A stretch of DNA of 64,000 nucleotides from NCBI GenBank assembly GCA_965222225.1, contig CBDCTK010000002.1, positions 1,600,001 through 1,664,000 of the forward strand, read 5' to 3'. The position numbers and the translations under genes are program-made. The notes under the pieces were generated by a model that searched no databases, was not told the DNA's origin, and saw only the letters and a list, made by a program, of their open reading frames with translations. Within the stretch, counting starts at the first letter, position 1. Every line of letters starts with the position of its first letter. This DNA comes from Candidatus Poribacteria bacterium. GTDB lineage: Bacteria; Poribacteria; WGA-4E; JAJDTR01. Shown here in pieces: positions 10,060 through 20,904 of this stretch.

Positions 10060-11223
10060 CTAAATTTCCTCAATTTGCTTTTGCCTTAACCAGATACTCG
10101 TTTCCACTACGCTACAAACGCCAATCACCACGGCACAAAGAATGTACGGACTGTTAACTCCTAGTCCTGAATCCGCCAATACCCCACCGAAAAATGGTCC
10201 AAGCAATAAGCCACTTCCCAGAACAGCTTCGTGGCCACCACTCTTGTTGCCCTTATCCGGCTGTGCATGCAAACTATAATACATGCTGCTGAAGTAAGTA
10301 ACAGCTCCAGATAGACCAATTACCGCGAAGGCACACGTCCAATAAAATCCATGTGGCATAAGTCCGATTGCCAAGAAGGCGATTATTGCGAGTAACTGGG
10401 CGCCAATCAACGGGGACAATCGATAATGCCACCGTGCGGCTTGATTTGTGCCTAACCATAGGAAGCCAATCAGTTGTGTTGCTCCCAACACCAGTATTAA
10501 ATTTCCATAAGCTATTGCGGGAATGCCGGCCTCGACTGTCAGTTTCGGCGCGATATGTCGAACGATTCCGAGCGAAAACCATGAAGCAAAGTTAGCAATC
10601 CGCGCTATTTTTAGATGGATGTGGTGTGCAGTATGAGGAGGCGCTTCAATTAAAACAGGGTGTTCCGGCGAACGTAGGTCTTTACGATTTGCGATTATTT
10701 GAGATTCAAGAGTAATCCAATTGATTAGACTAAATCCGCCCGCGAAATAGAAAGCAAGGACTGGGCTGGTTCCTTGATAAAGATAACTGGAAATCATCGG
10801 ACCAATTGTAATCCCAACGGTCCAGAACAGATTAAAGGTCGTAATGCGTCCAATCAAATCTCCTGCACCTTCTCGTTCAGCTAGCCACGCTTCATAGGTG
10901 GGCCAAAAAAGTGCCATACCGATACCACTGCACGGAAAAACTATCATGAGATATAGCTTGCGCGTACAGAATGGGAGCAGAATACTTACGGCGGCGAGTG
11001 TAAGGCAGGCAATGGTGAGGACGCGAAGTCGTCCAACCCTATCTGAAAGACGGCCAAACGGAATTGCTAGTAGCACGAAGACGCCCGTGCTGATTGCGGT
11101 CAGAATGCCTAGAAACGTAGAAGAAAAGTGGAGGTAGTTTATGAAAAAAGCGGCGTTCGTAAGGATACTACTGATGCTAGCATCCATTAGAAGCGCAGGG
11201 AGATATGCACCGTACTTGCGCAT
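10060..11223 (-). CDS. MFS transporter
   Basis: GRLSDRVGR motif A and about 12 TM segments. Confidence 0.9.
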   Translation of the reverse strand: MRKYGAYLPALLMDASISSILTNAAFFINYLHFSSTFLGILTAISTGVFVLLAIPFGRLSDRVGRLRVLTIACLTLAAVSILLPFCTRKLYLMIVFPCSGIGMALFWPTYEAWLAEREGAGDLIGRITTFNLFWTVGITIGPMISSYLYQGTSPVLAFYFAGGFSLINWITLESQIIANRKDLRSPEHPVLIEAPPHTAHHIHLKIARIANFASWFSLGIVRHIAPKLTVEAGIPAIAYGNLILVLGATQLIGFLWLGTNQAARWHYRLSPLIGAQLLAIIAFLAIGLMPHGFYWTCAFAVIGLSGAVTYFSSMYYSLHAQPDKGNKSGGHEAVLGSGLLLGPFFGGVLADSGLGVNSPYILCAVVIGVCSVVETSIWLRQKQIEEI

Positions 11224-11526
11224 GAATGTTTGTTATCTTCGCATGAGATAGGTCCGGCCGCCAATCACACCCCATCTGGGGATTCCCATTAGCTCGATTC
11301 TGTGCTTTTAAGACGAATAACAGGCGGTGAAAATCGAACGTTAAAGATTAGCAGGTGAGATTTTGATTATCCAGTTTTCTTGATTGACCATTGAAGAAGT
11401 TGCCGAACGTTTATGACCGGTTGGAGAGAGTTGGAATAGGCTTTGCAATATGTCAAGAAATCGCTAGTCATTAAGCGGGTATGCTTCCCTATAGGCCAGT
11501 AATGTACAAAGTCAAGCCTAGTCACT

Positions 11527-12198
11527 CTAATCTTCCACATGGCGAAGCGCCAGCGTAATGATTTTAACGGCCCGATCTATCGGTATTAAGCTAGTATTAA
11601 TGACGAGGTGATATAGTGTCGCATCCGTCCAGGCAGCGTCGTGGTGATGCTTTAGATAATGTGCACGTCCTTTGTCGATGGATAGAATCTTCTTCGCGGC
11701 TTCAACATGGGTTAGAGAATCTGCTGCCATTACCTGTTTGCAACGATCTTGAATTGTCCCAACGAAGCGAACGTGAAGCGTTTGCTCTTTTGAAGCAAGG
11801 ATCCTTTGACTACCTCGACCAACAATCACAACATCGTCCCGCCTCCAGAGTTCTTCGACAACTTGATGAAAAAACGCCGTCACACTTTCAGGATCTAATC
11901 TTGGTTCGTTTTCAATAGGTCCGATTGACCAATCAAGTGGCATAGTCGGCGGATAATAGTACGGAAACTCGGCAACGACCAAAGGTTGTGCGACAAACAG
12001 CTTTTTCAAGAAGGTGTGCAGTCCGTGTTCATCCTTTTCATCGTATTGACGGATTTCGTCTTCAGTCGTATTGGCAATACGCGCGACATCGGCGAGGATG
12101 TCTTTATCAAAATAACTATAACCGAGTTCTTTCGCTACTTCTTGAGTAATCTCTTCACCACGACTTCCGTATTCTCGCGAAACGGTGATTACCGCCAT
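11527..12198 (-). CDS. Cytidylate kinase-like family protein
   Basis: VITVSREYGSRG, VIVGRG and YHLVINTS motifs. Confidence 0.85.
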   Translation of the reverse strand: MAVITVSREYGSRGEEITQEVAKELGYSYFDKDILADVARIANTTEDEIRQYDEKDEHGLHTFLKKLFVAQPLVVAEFPYYYPPTMPLDWSIGPIENEPRLDPESVTAFFHQVVEELWRRDDVVIVGRGSQRILASKEQTLHVRFVGTIQDRCKQVMAADSLTHVEAAKKILSIDKGRAHYLKHHHDAAWTDATLYHLVINTSLIPIDRAVKIITLALRHVED

Positions 12199-12342
12199 GG
12201 GAGTTTTCTCCTTCGCAATATCGGTTAATAGGTTCTTGAGTTATGCACCTCATTTGTTAATAACGACATCGAATGTATTACGTATTATGCGGTTGACTTA
12301 TTCTTTATGGCGTGGCAATTCTAATCCTGGTCGAATTAGGAC

Positions 12343-13356
12343 CTACTTGGAAGTCCAAAGTTCCACAATTTCGTTGCGTCTCGCAGATTCGGAAAGAACG
12401 TCACAGACGTGCATCGTGTCGGTTGCATCCTTGATGAATTTAGGTTCAAGCTTCCCGGACTGCACGATTCTCGAGAACCGTTCAATCATGTTTACCTCTT
12501 GGATTGTGCTTTCGACTTTGTGTTCGGCAACTTTTCCTGTCGCATTGTGTATCCAGAATCTTGCAGATTCTGCTTTCCAAGGAATGACAAAATCGTCGCA
12601 TATCAGCGAGGCATTGGTCCCTGCTATTTCGAACCATTTTCTGCTACCGGTGTCAAACGCGCAATCAAATGATGCCATCCGTTCGCCTTCAAACCAAAGT
12701 AGCCCCGAAAAATTCAAGTCGACGCCAACTTCGTAACGTGCGGTTGCGAAAACTTGGGCCGGGAGATCGCCGAATGCCCAAAGAATAGCGCGAACACAAT
12801 AATATCCTAAATCGCTGAGACTACCACCCGCAAGTTCTTTCTTAGCGCGAATGTTGTCATAAGGAATTGTGTCCCAGTTAAATGAAAACCCCGAGGTCAC
12901 TCGACGTAACTTTCCTAATGTCCCATCCTCTATGATTCGCCTCATTTGAGGTGTACGATCATGATGTACCCACATGACGCCATCCATCAATTGTACGCTA
13001 TTCTCTTGACATGCCTTCGCCATCGCCATGCATTCTTCCACGTTTGCCGCCAACGGCTTCTCACACAACACATGTTTGCCACATTCAGCGGCTTTGATTG
13101 TCCATTCGGCATGAAGTGTTGGTGGGGTGGGGAGATAGATTGCATCAATTGACTCATCTTCCAAAAGCTGTTCATAGCTGCCGTATGCCCGCTCAACATC
13201 ATGCGCAGATGCCCAATTCTCTGCTCGCTCTTTTGTTCGACTAGCGATTGCCACAAGTTCGGCGTTACTAGCAAGTTTTATAGCGCGGCATACTTTGGTG
13301 GCGATTTTTGCAGTGCCCAGAATTCCCCAACGTACATTTTTTTTCGGTTCTGTCAT
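12343..13356 (-). CDS. Gfo/Idh/MocA oxidoreductase
   Basis: WGILGTAKIA, GKHVLCEKP and GGSLSDLGYY motifs; start chosen at MTEPKK. Confidence 0.9.
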   Translation of the reverse strand: MTEPKKNVRWGILGTAKIATKVCRAIKLASNAELVAIASRTKERAENWASAHDVERAYGSYEQLLEDESIDAIYLPTPPTLHAEWTIKAAECGKHVLCEKPLAANVEECMAMAKACQENSVQLMDGVMWVHHDRTPQMRRIIEDGTLGKLRRVTSGFSFNWDTIPYDNIRAKKELAGGSLSDLGYYCVRAILWAFGDLPAQVFATARYEVGVDLNFSGLLWFEGERMASFDCAFDTGSRKWFEIAGTNASLICDDFVIPWKAESARFWIHNATGKVAEHKVESTIQEVNMIERFSRIVQSGKLEPKFIKDATDTMHVCDVLSESARRNEIVELWTSK

Positions 13357-14114
13357 TTTATTAAGCTTTTTCCGCAATCGACATCCGAAGATCCAAGCTA
13401 TGGGTTTGATTACCATGATATTTCATTGTACTGGCACTAGCGCGCGCCGATGTTACACCAAACTGTGCAATTAGTCAAGCAAATTACCGTCCAAATTTCC
13501 AACTTGATTCGTCGTGAAGTATCAACAGAAATGCCGGCAACCCAATCTGTCTCTTGCATAACCTGCTTAGAAATAGCACAACGTCCGATGTCCATCTATC
13601 TTGTCCCCACTTGTCTGCGGATTGTGTACTATCAAAAAAGTCTGTACTGAAGTTTAGGTACTTTGTTTGTGCCTGGACGTATCTCTGCTATAAAGAGATA
13701 ACAATGGAGGTTTCCACTCTTCATCGCAATCCAGACCCATCAGGCACCGAGAAATTCCGCTCTCTGACATTCCCACTGAACTAAAACTGAACTAATCAAG
13801 AAGAAGCGTTCGACTGCGAATTCCTAATCCTAGGATTCCAGCATTAGCCTCAATGGGTTCCCATCAATGGTACAATGGAAATTTCAAACAGATGACTTGT
13901 CGAATTTAAACGGTTGCTGTCCACGTAATAGTTGGCAACCTATGCAAAATCTGCACCCTCCACCTAGGATTTGCACCTTTAATTTTCGCAATTATGACAA
14001 TGTTTGCCCTTGACTGCTCGTCCACTAGCGGCTTCACGAATCCAATTCTCACTGGTATGTTTCTTGCTCGTCTTGCTAGTAGAGACGCATTTTACCAGAG
14101 AAAGGAAGAAAGGT

Positions 14115-14681
14115 ATGCCACTAGAATTGCGGCGGAAAAGCGTTCATCTGATTGGCCTCATCGTGCCGATTTTCTACATATTCATTGAAAGATATCAAGC
14201 TGTAATTGCTGTCGGCATCCTTGTGTTCATTGCGCTTCTGATTGAGTTGTTTAAAACTCTATGGCCCTCGTTCAGGGTTGTGTTCTACCAAGTCTTCACA
14301 CCGCTGCTCCGTTCACACGAACGAAGTGGCGACATTACAGGTGCGACGTATTTTCTTATCGGTGTTTTCCTACCCATTCTTCTCTTCCCTAAAAACCTCG
14401 CTATTGTCTGTATTTTCTTCATGATCTTTGGCGACATGGCTGCCGCGCTAATCGGAAAGAAATGGGGGCGGACAACGTTATTTTCTCGAAAGAGTCTAGA
14501 AGGTAGCCTCGCCTGTTTTCTTGTATGTATTCTGATTGCGCTTGTCAAGTTCAATCCAGCGGTGGCAATCATCGGGGCCTTAGTAGCAACGGTGGTTGAG
14601 GTTATCCCAACTAAGCTTGATGACAATTTGACAATGCCATTGCTCTCTGGCTTGGCGATGTATCTTGTTCTCAGCAGTTGA
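14115..14681 (+). CDS. SEC59/DGK1/VTE5 family (polyprenol/diacylglycerol kinase-like) membrane protein
   Basis: RKSVH, GDMAAALIGKKWG, KSLEGS and DDNL motifs. Confidence 0.85.
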   Translation: MPLELRRKSVHLIGLIVPIFYIFIERYQAVIAVGILVFIALLIELFKTLWPSFRVVFYQVFTPLLRSHERSGDITGATYFLIGVFLPILLFPKNLAIVCIFFMIFGDMAAALIGKKWGRTTLFSRKSLEGSLACFLVCILIALVKFNPAVAIIGALVATVVEVIPTKLDDNLTMPLLSGLAMYLVLSS

Positions 14682-14923
14682 GGCGGATATCCACATTTTT
14701 GCTAATCTGTTCTAATAACCCACCTCGGTTCTTCGTTTTCCTATTTGTCCAGCCTTCAGCTACACACGGGACGTAATACCCCCTTAATAATTCCTTCCTT
14801 TTCCATTATCATTTTTCGAAATCGTGTGCTAGAATATGCATTTATCGTTGAAGGATATCTTACATCAACGCTGATGATACCTATATTTTGTTGATGGTAC
14901 AGTCCGTAGTTTCTTAAAATTCT

Positions 14924-16042
14924 ATGGCAGCAATTGAACTAAGAAATATCACCAAACGCTTCGGAGATGTTATAGCCGTTGATGACCTAAGCCTAGAAAT
15001 TCAAGATCGAGAGTTCTTAGTTTTCTTGGGCCCCTCCGGCTGTGGAAAGACAACAACACTGCGATCAATTGCTGGCCTTGAACAGCCCGAAACAGGGGAC
15101 ATCCTAATTGATGGAATACGGACAAATCACTTACGCCCGGCAGACCGAGATGTCGCCTTTGTGTTTCAGTTTTATGCACTCTATCCGCATCTGACAGTTT
15201 TGGATAATATTGCATTTCCACTCAAGGCAGTGAAGTTAGGCCAATCTGAAGTTCGCAGACGGGTACGGGAAGTTGCCCATCTCTTACAAATTGATACGTT
15301 GTTGGACCGAAAACCCACGCACCTGAGCGGCGGAGAGATGCAACGGGTGGCGCTTGGAAGGGCGATGGTGCGCCGTCCGAAAGCGTTTTTGATGGATGAG
15401 CCGATGGCGAACCTTGATGCCAAACTCCGCGTCGACATGAGATCTGAACTTAAACGTTTACAATACGAACTTGGCACAACGACAATTTTTGTCACGCACG
15501 ATCAGGTTGAAGCAATGTCAATGGCGGATCGGATTGCGATAATGCACATAGGGATACTCCAACAAATTGGCTCCCCTCAAGAGGTCTACAACAAACCACA
15601 GAGCTTATTCGTTGCCGGGTTCATGGGTAGCCCATCAATGAATTTAATCCGTGGTACTATTCAGTCGGCTGGTAGTAGAACCTTGATGCGACTAAATCAT
15701 ACAGATTTCTCGTGGGAACTTTCCGACGAGCAGGTTGCGAACCTCGGCAGCGAACTTCCAGACAACGAACTGGTTTTTGGAATTCGACCAGAGCATATCG
15801 TGGTTTCCAAAGAATCTGTCGAAGGAAGAATCAAGGCAGTCGTACATTTGGTGGAGTTGCTTGGCTCCGTGAATATCATTGATATTTTCCTTGGCGAAGA
15901 TTCGGAGACAACAAATCTCATTACGCTCAGAGTCCGAACACACCCAGCATTCCATGTTGAGGCAGGACAACCCGTTTGGATGGATTTCGACGAGGAACAT
16001 GTTCATTTCTTTAATCCCAAAACGGGACGAGCTATTTGTTGA
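14924..16042 (+). CDS. Sugar ABC transporter ATP-binding protein (MalK/UgpC-like)
   Basis: GPSGCGKTT, LSGGE, MDEP and VTHDQVEAM motifs with a TOBE-type C-terminus. Confidence 0.92.
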   Translation: MAAIELRNITKRFGDVIAVDDLSLEIQDREFLVFLGPSGCGKTTTLRSIAGLEQPETGDILIDGIRTNHLRPADRDVAFVFQFYALYPHLTVLDNIAFPLKAVKLGQSEVRRRVREVAHLLQIDTLLDRKPTHLSGGEMQRVALGRAMVRRPKAFLMDEPMANLDAKLRVDMRSELKRLQYELGTTTIFVTHDQVEAMSMADRIAIMHIGILQQIGSPQEVYNKPQSLFVAGFMGSPSMNLIRGTIQSAGSRTLMRLNHTDFSWELSDEQVANLGSELPDNELVFGIRPEHIVVSKESVEGRIKAVVHLVELLGSVNIIDIFLGEDSETTNLITLRVRTHPAFHVEAGQPVWMDFDEEHVHFFNPKTGRAIC

Positions 16043-16093
16043 TTTATGGGTGGAGATTGGAGGAACTCTTCTAGAGGTGAAAGGAAACAGGGA

Positions 16094-16942
16094 ATGACCA
16101 AGATTCCATGCCGAATGGCAGCACTAGACCTAGATGGAACACTTCTCAATAGTAACCACGTCGTTACTAACCGAAACTGCTCAGCGTTGCGAGAACTGTC
16201 GAAGGAAGGGGTTGTCGTCGTGTTAGTTTCCGGAAGGATGCATCAATCGATTCTACCAATTAGTAATCAGATTGGATTGGAAAACCCGATTATTTCATAC
16301 AATGGAGGGATGGTAAAACACGCGAAAACCGGGGAAGTATTTCATCACACACCCATTGCGAGTGCGACGGCAATGGATTTGGTTGACTACTGCGATGAAA
16401 GAGACCTACATCTCAATTTTTGTCTGGAAGATCAACTCTATATTAAGATGGAAAATCCTTGGAGCGAACTTTATGAGAATCGGACAGGGGTGCGTGCTAC
16501 CGCGGTTGGAGACCTTCGAAAATTAACGGGCGGGGAACCAACAAAGATGCAAATACTCGACACACCTGAAAACGTTGAGCACTTACTCATTGACTTTCAA
16601 AGAGATTTTGGAGATCGGTTTTACATTACCCGCACGCAAATCGAATACATTGAATTCATGAATCCGCAGGTTTCCAAGGGGCCGGCGTTGAAGGCCTTAG
16701 CGACTCAGGCAGGTATTTCTATGGACGTCGTTGTCGCTTTTGGCGATGGATATAATGACGAGAGTATGATGGCTGCCGCAGGTTTCAGTATTGCTATGGG
16801 AAATTCTGTTGATGAATTGAAAGAATGTGCGGATTATATTGCCGAGTCAAACGACAATGACGGCGTCGCTCAAGCAGTTGAGCGTCTACTGATCGGCGGG
16901 AGCACGGCGTTTCATGGCTTTGATGGGGATACTCGCGGTTAG
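16094..16942 (+). CDS. Cof-type HAD-IIB hydrolase
   Basis: DLDGTLL, SGR, SKG and FGDGYND motifs. Confidence 0.92.
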   Translation: MTKIPCRMAALDLDGTLLNSNHVVTNRNCSALRELSKEGVVVVLVSGRMHQSILPISNQIGLENPIISYNGGMVKHAKTGEVFHHTPIASATAMDLVDYCDERDLHLNFCLEDQLYIKMENPWSELYENRTGVRATAVGDLRKLTGGEPTKMQILDTPENVEHLLIDFQRDFGDRFYITRTQIEYIEFMNPQVSKGPALKALATQAGISMDVVVAFGDGYNDESMMAAAGFSIAMGNSVDELKECADYIAESNDNDGVAQAVERLLIGGSTAFHGFDGDTRG

Positions 16943-17161
16943 CGCCATTGATGTTCCGTCACGTTGAAGTTCAATATCAATGTCTTCCGAGGGGAATTCA
17001 AAATACTCCGCAAGGAGTTGTGTGAGTTTCGCCTGCAAATCACTCATAATAGCCTCGTCTGCACCGACCCTATCTTGAATTAAGATCAACTGCAAGCGAT
17101 TCTTGGCGACCTCCTTACTCCCACGCTCCTGATGTAATAGTCGCATCAGTTTTCGAAACAT
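16886..17161 (-). CDS. minE: Cell division topological specificity factor MinE
   Basis: SKEVAKNRLQLILIQDR motif; directly downstream of minD. Confidence 0.92.
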   Translation of the reverse strand: MFRKLMRLLHQERGSKEVAKNRLQLILIQDRVGADEAIMSDLQAKLTQLLAEYFEFPSEDIDIELQRDGTSMALTASIPIKAMKRRAPADQ

Positions 17162-17175
17162 GTCGGATTCTCCTG

Positions 17176-17970
17176 CTAGCTGCGGCCGATAAGCTTGTTC
17201 ATTAGTTGACCAAACCAGTTTTCCGACTTGAATTCTGGTATCGGTATATCCTCACCTTCGAGCCGCTTTGCAATACGATTGTAGGCTTCACCTGCGTATG
17301 AGGCATGACTATATGCCAAAGGCAATCCGTGGTTAGTTGAAACGATTACCTCCGGATCCTCCGGGATGACGCCGATCAAGTCTATTGACAGGATGTCAAT
17401 GATATCCTGTGGATCCATCATGTTTCCTGCTTTCACCATCTGTGGAGAGAGCCGGTTGATGACCAAATTCATTTCTTCAATGTGCATGTTCTGCAGCAGG
17501 CCGATTATTCGATCTGCATCTCGAACTGCCGAGATCTCGGGAGTGGTGATAATCAACGCCTCGTCTGCACCGACCGCGGCATTTTGGAAGCCCTGCTCAA
17601 TTCCTGCCGGGGAATCGATGAGAACATAATCAAAATCCTCTTTTAGCTCCTTACCGATTTTTATCATCTGCTCGGGCAAGATGTCCATTTTGTTATTCTT
17701 TTGGGATGCCGGCAAGAGATTTAATGCTTTAACGCGTCGGTCTTTGACTAATGCCTTTTCAATGCTGCATGTACCATCAATCACGTCCATTGACGTGTAA
17801 ACAACTCGGGCTTCCAAGCCCATAATTACATCAAGATTCCTAAGCCCCACATCACCGTCAACCAAAACGACCTTTTTGCCTAACATTGCGAGTGCTGTTC
17901 CCAGATTAGCTGTGGAAGTGCTTTTGCCCACTCCTCCTTTCCCGGAGGTTAATACAATCACTCTTCCCAT
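17176..17970 (-). CDS. minD: Septum site-determining ATPase MinD
   Basis: SGKGGVGKST, DVGLRNLD, DSPAGIE and SAVRDADR motifs plus a C-terminal amphipathic helix. Confidence 0.96.
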   Translation of the reverse strand: MGRVIVLTSGKGGVGKSTSTANLGTALAMLGKKVVLVDGDVGLRNLDVIMGLEARVVYTSMDVIDGTCSIEKALVKDRRVKALNLLPASQKNNKMDILPEQMIKIGKELKEDFDYVLIDSPAGIEQGFQNAAVGADEALIITTPEISAVRDADRIIGLLQNMHIEEMNLVINRLSPQMVKAGNMMDPQDIIDILSIDLIGVIPEDPEVIVSTNHGLPLAYSHASYAGEAYNRIAKRLEGEDIPIPEFKSENWFGQLMNKLIGRS

Positions 17971-18021
17971 GCTTTCACAGCCCTCCTTCTCTGCTTGCCG
18001 GATGTATTCTAGATACCATGT

Positions 18022-18804
18022 TCATTCTAAATGCGATTGTGAAAAAGCGACAGAACTTCGCTGCCCCACTTGGGCTAGATGATTAAAATCGGTGAATTCT
18101 TCAACAACCACAGCGACATTATCCCGTATCCGTGCGAACTCAACTTTATTTCCTTGTGTTCGCTGATTTGAAGGTGGACGGGAAATGAAGCGTGCGATTC
18201 TCAACTGCGTGGGTACGAGACTTAGAGCAATAATCACAGATGAAATGTCGCCCAAAGCGCCAGCATGTGCAATGCCGCGCAGGGTTCCGAGGACAATAAT
18301 ATCCCTAGCTGCAATAATCTCCGCTCCTGGATTTACGTCTCCAAGAATGACGACATTGCCCTCAAGGAAGCGTTCGACCTGTCCTGAGCGCAATGTTTGT
18401 CGGATGAATAGTGTTTTCTCCTCTTCCGCTGGCAAAAAATATCCACCGCTCTGAGGGGTTGCCTTGTGCAGAGCCGGGGTGCCCACAATCGGTGAGTCTT
18501 CCTGCGTCCAAGGCATATCATTGGATTTACCTATTAGTTGTTTGATTTCAAGGCCGTAGGTATCCTGAAGCAATCGTTCCAATCGGCGTAACCCCTGAGT
18601 GTCCATCGATCCACCACCGAGATTGATAGTTACTCCTGTTCCGGCAAGCGAATCGCCCAATTTCTCCATCCGTTTTTCAATGCGTGGGATAATTTCCTCT
18701 ATATTAGCTTCCGGATCAACAAACAGGTGCAAGCCATCGCGAAAACCTTTGAGTTCGACAATCGGTCGTGGAATATCTTTCATTTTCGCCTTATGTGAAA
18801 TCAA
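18022..18804 (-). CDS. minC: Septum site-determining protein MinC
   Basis: TLRSGQ, GDVNPGAEIIA and LRGIAHAG motifs; an alternative start at 18783 is possible. Confidence 0.93.
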   Translation of the reverse strand: MISHKAKMKDIPRPIVELKGFRDGLHLFVDPEANIEEIIPRIEKRMEKLGDSLAGTGVTINLGGGSMDTQGLRRLERLLQDTYGLEIKQLIGKSNDMPWTQEDSPIVGTPALHKATPQSGGYFLPAEEEKTLFIRQTLRSGQVERFLEGNVVILGDVNPGAEIIAARDIIVLGTLRGIAHAGALGDISSVIIALSLVPTQLRIARFISRPPSNQRTQGNKVEFARIRDNVAVVVEEFTDFNHLAQVGQRSSVAFSQSHLE

Positions 18805-20096
18805 TTGATTGCCTCAATATAGGGCTTTTCAACTTTCGCTAGCACATAAGGGCCTTCGGGTATTACAGCAATCTGAGCGTCATTTCCATGTTTGGCAAAC
18901 ACTTGATCGACTCCTTCTTTGAGACGCTGAAGCGGTTGCACGAAAAGGTGCTGTTGTTGTTCAAGGGGGATGCCCTCTGTGTAGAAGTAGATATCAGCTT
19001 TTCTTGCAACCTTCGCTAGTTCCTCAAGTTGCCACTGATCAATCACGAAATTTTCTGGCTGGTAGATGTCCTGAATAAATTCGTCGAGATTTTGCGTTTC
19101 AAAAATCAGATTGGTAAACGGCTTGCTACCGATACCTTGACTACATTCGGCCATTAGGATAATACTCCCGTTTGGCTTTACAACTTCTGCAGCCGTCAAT
19201 AATCCTTTAATTGCTTGATAGAAAGTGGTGTCGAGCGGGTACCCGGCACTTGAAACAATTACCAGATCTGCGGGGTAAGGCAACGTTGCAGTTACTTGCT
19301 TCTCTACGAATTCACAGCCTGCCCTATGCGATTCAACCAACTCACCAGCAAATACCCCCGTAATCTGTCGTTTATTATCTATCGCAACATTAAGGTTAAA
19401 GTCAACTCCTGCCATGAGCGCGATTTCGGTTGCTTCGATATGGAACGGGTTATCATCCAAGACTCCTACAGATGCGCTCGGATGTTCAAGGATTTGGGGA
19501 CCGTGCATTACTTTCATCGTTTCTACTGAAGTAATACCGGGACAAATTGCTTTACGTCCTCCCGAATATCCCGCCATCAAATGCGGTTCAATTAACCCTG
19601 TGGTAATCTTTACGTCGGACTCTAGGTACGTCTTATCAATATGGACAGGCGTTCCATTCCTCGTTAATCCTAAATATTTATGAGTCTCTGGTTCGTCAGA
19701 CAGGTGATTGACAATCCGATAGTTGCTCATGATGCCAACCCCGACCATTTCTTCCAATTCTTTCTCAGTGCTCGGGCGGTGAATACCTGTCGCGACTAAG
19801 ATAACAATCTTCTCTCGCGGGATGCCTTGCTGTTCAAAGGTTTTCAATATCGGCGGTAGAATTACCTGATTGGGGACAGGGCGTGTGATATCGGAAATGA
19901 TGATACATGCGGAAGATCGATCTTCTACCAACTGGGCTAAGGGTAATGAATTGATTGGCGATTCTACAACTTCGCGGACCGCAGCCTCTGGATTTCGAAG
20001 TGGATTTTCATGTTGGATAGTAAGAATCCCAGCTAGATTCTCGTCTGGGACGTCAACATCCAAGAATCCGCGTCCATATCTCATACCAATTCGCAT
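18801..20096 (-). CDS. larA: Nickel-pincer-dependent lactate racemase family protein
   Basis: ISDITRPVP, ATGIHR, EPHLMAGYSGGRK, YQAIKG and DQWQ motifs. Confidence 0.9.
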   Translation of the reverse strand: MRIGMRYGRGFLDVDVPDENLAGILTIQHENPLRNPEAAVREVVESPINSLPLAQLVEDRSSACIIISDITRPVPNQVILPPILKTFEQQGIPREKIVILVATGIHRPSTEKELEEMVGVGIMSNYRIVNHLSDEPETHKYLGLTRNGTPVHIDKTYLESDVKITTGLIEPHLMAGYSGGRKAICPGITSVETMKVMHGPQILEHPSASVGVLDDNPFHIEATEIALMAGVDFNLNVAIDNKRQITGVFAGELVESHRAGCEFVEKQVTATLPYPADLVIVSSAGYPLDTTFYQAIKGLLTAAEVVKPNGSIILMAECSQGIGSKPFTNLIFETQNLDEFIQDIYQPENFVIDQWQLEELAKVARKADIYFYTEGIPLEQQQHLFVQPLQRLKEGVDQVFAKHGNDAQIAVIPEGPYVLAKVEKPYIEAIN

Positions 20097-20331
20097 CGTT
20101 AGCTTCTCCGTAGAACCTCCAAGCCGAAACCTTATATCATAGTCCCTATCATTATAAACAAAATCATTAACTCATGGCAACACTTTTTTGTGGAAGATGC
20201 AGGAGAATCGCATCGGATTTCAATTGTAAATCCATTTCCACGTCGACTTAGACCGAGAGTGGAACGAAAAGAGAGGAGCGGAGGGAAAATCGGCGATGGT
20301 GCGGAAGGCCTTATCACTTAAGAAAAACGTC

Positions 20332-20360
20332 TTGACAAAACGAATGGAATAGGTCAGAAT
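20332..20360 (+). promoter_or_regulatory. Putative sigma70 promoter
   Basis: TTGACA-17 nt-CAGAAT upstream of the 20434 ORF. Confidence 0.45.
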
Positions 20361-20433
20361 CAAAGAAGTTGTGCGATACGTGCAGAAAATCCTTTCGATT
20401 CAGATTCTCAATTCGCAGAGAGGGAGCAAAGTC

Positions 20434-20820
20434 ATGCAACGAATTGAAATCACCACGAAACCAAACGGCGCAGGACGCAATTGGTTGGAAGTAGGTTGTT
20501 TTGAGACCGATGGATTCGGACGGAAGGAATGGGTCAAAAAGGATGTGCCACACCAGGATCGGCGTTTGAAAGCGGACCGTCGTTATTCTGACCGAGCCGA
20601 GACTATCGATTGGATATTGTTGGTGCCAGACAATTATCCATTAACGATTATTAAAATGAACTACGATCGTTTAAGCCCTAGAAAGGTTGATGTAATCTGG
20701 GAACCAAAAGCCACGTCTCAAGAAGAACTAAATAGCGAAGATGAAATCAAGCGCATTTTCGAGCTTGCCCAGGGGAATGACGAACTGCTGGTACTACTGA
20801 AAAAGGTGCTCAATCGGTAA
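20434..20820 (+). CDS. Hypothetical protein
   Basis: 128-aa ORF with GGGAG RBS and an upstream promoter-like motif; family not recognised. Confidence 0.7.
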   Translation: MQRIEITTKPNGAGRNWLEVGCFETDGFGRKEWVKKDVPHQDRRLKADRRYSDRAETIDWILLVPDNYPLTIIKMNYDRLSPRKVDVIWEPKATSQEELNSEDEIKRIFELAQGNDELLVLLKKVLNR

Positions 20821-20904
20821 ACAGATATGAAATGATACCAAGCATGGGACGCAAAATGCAATGCTTGAAAACGAGTGGAGATGATGAATCCAACCCATCT
20901 TGTC

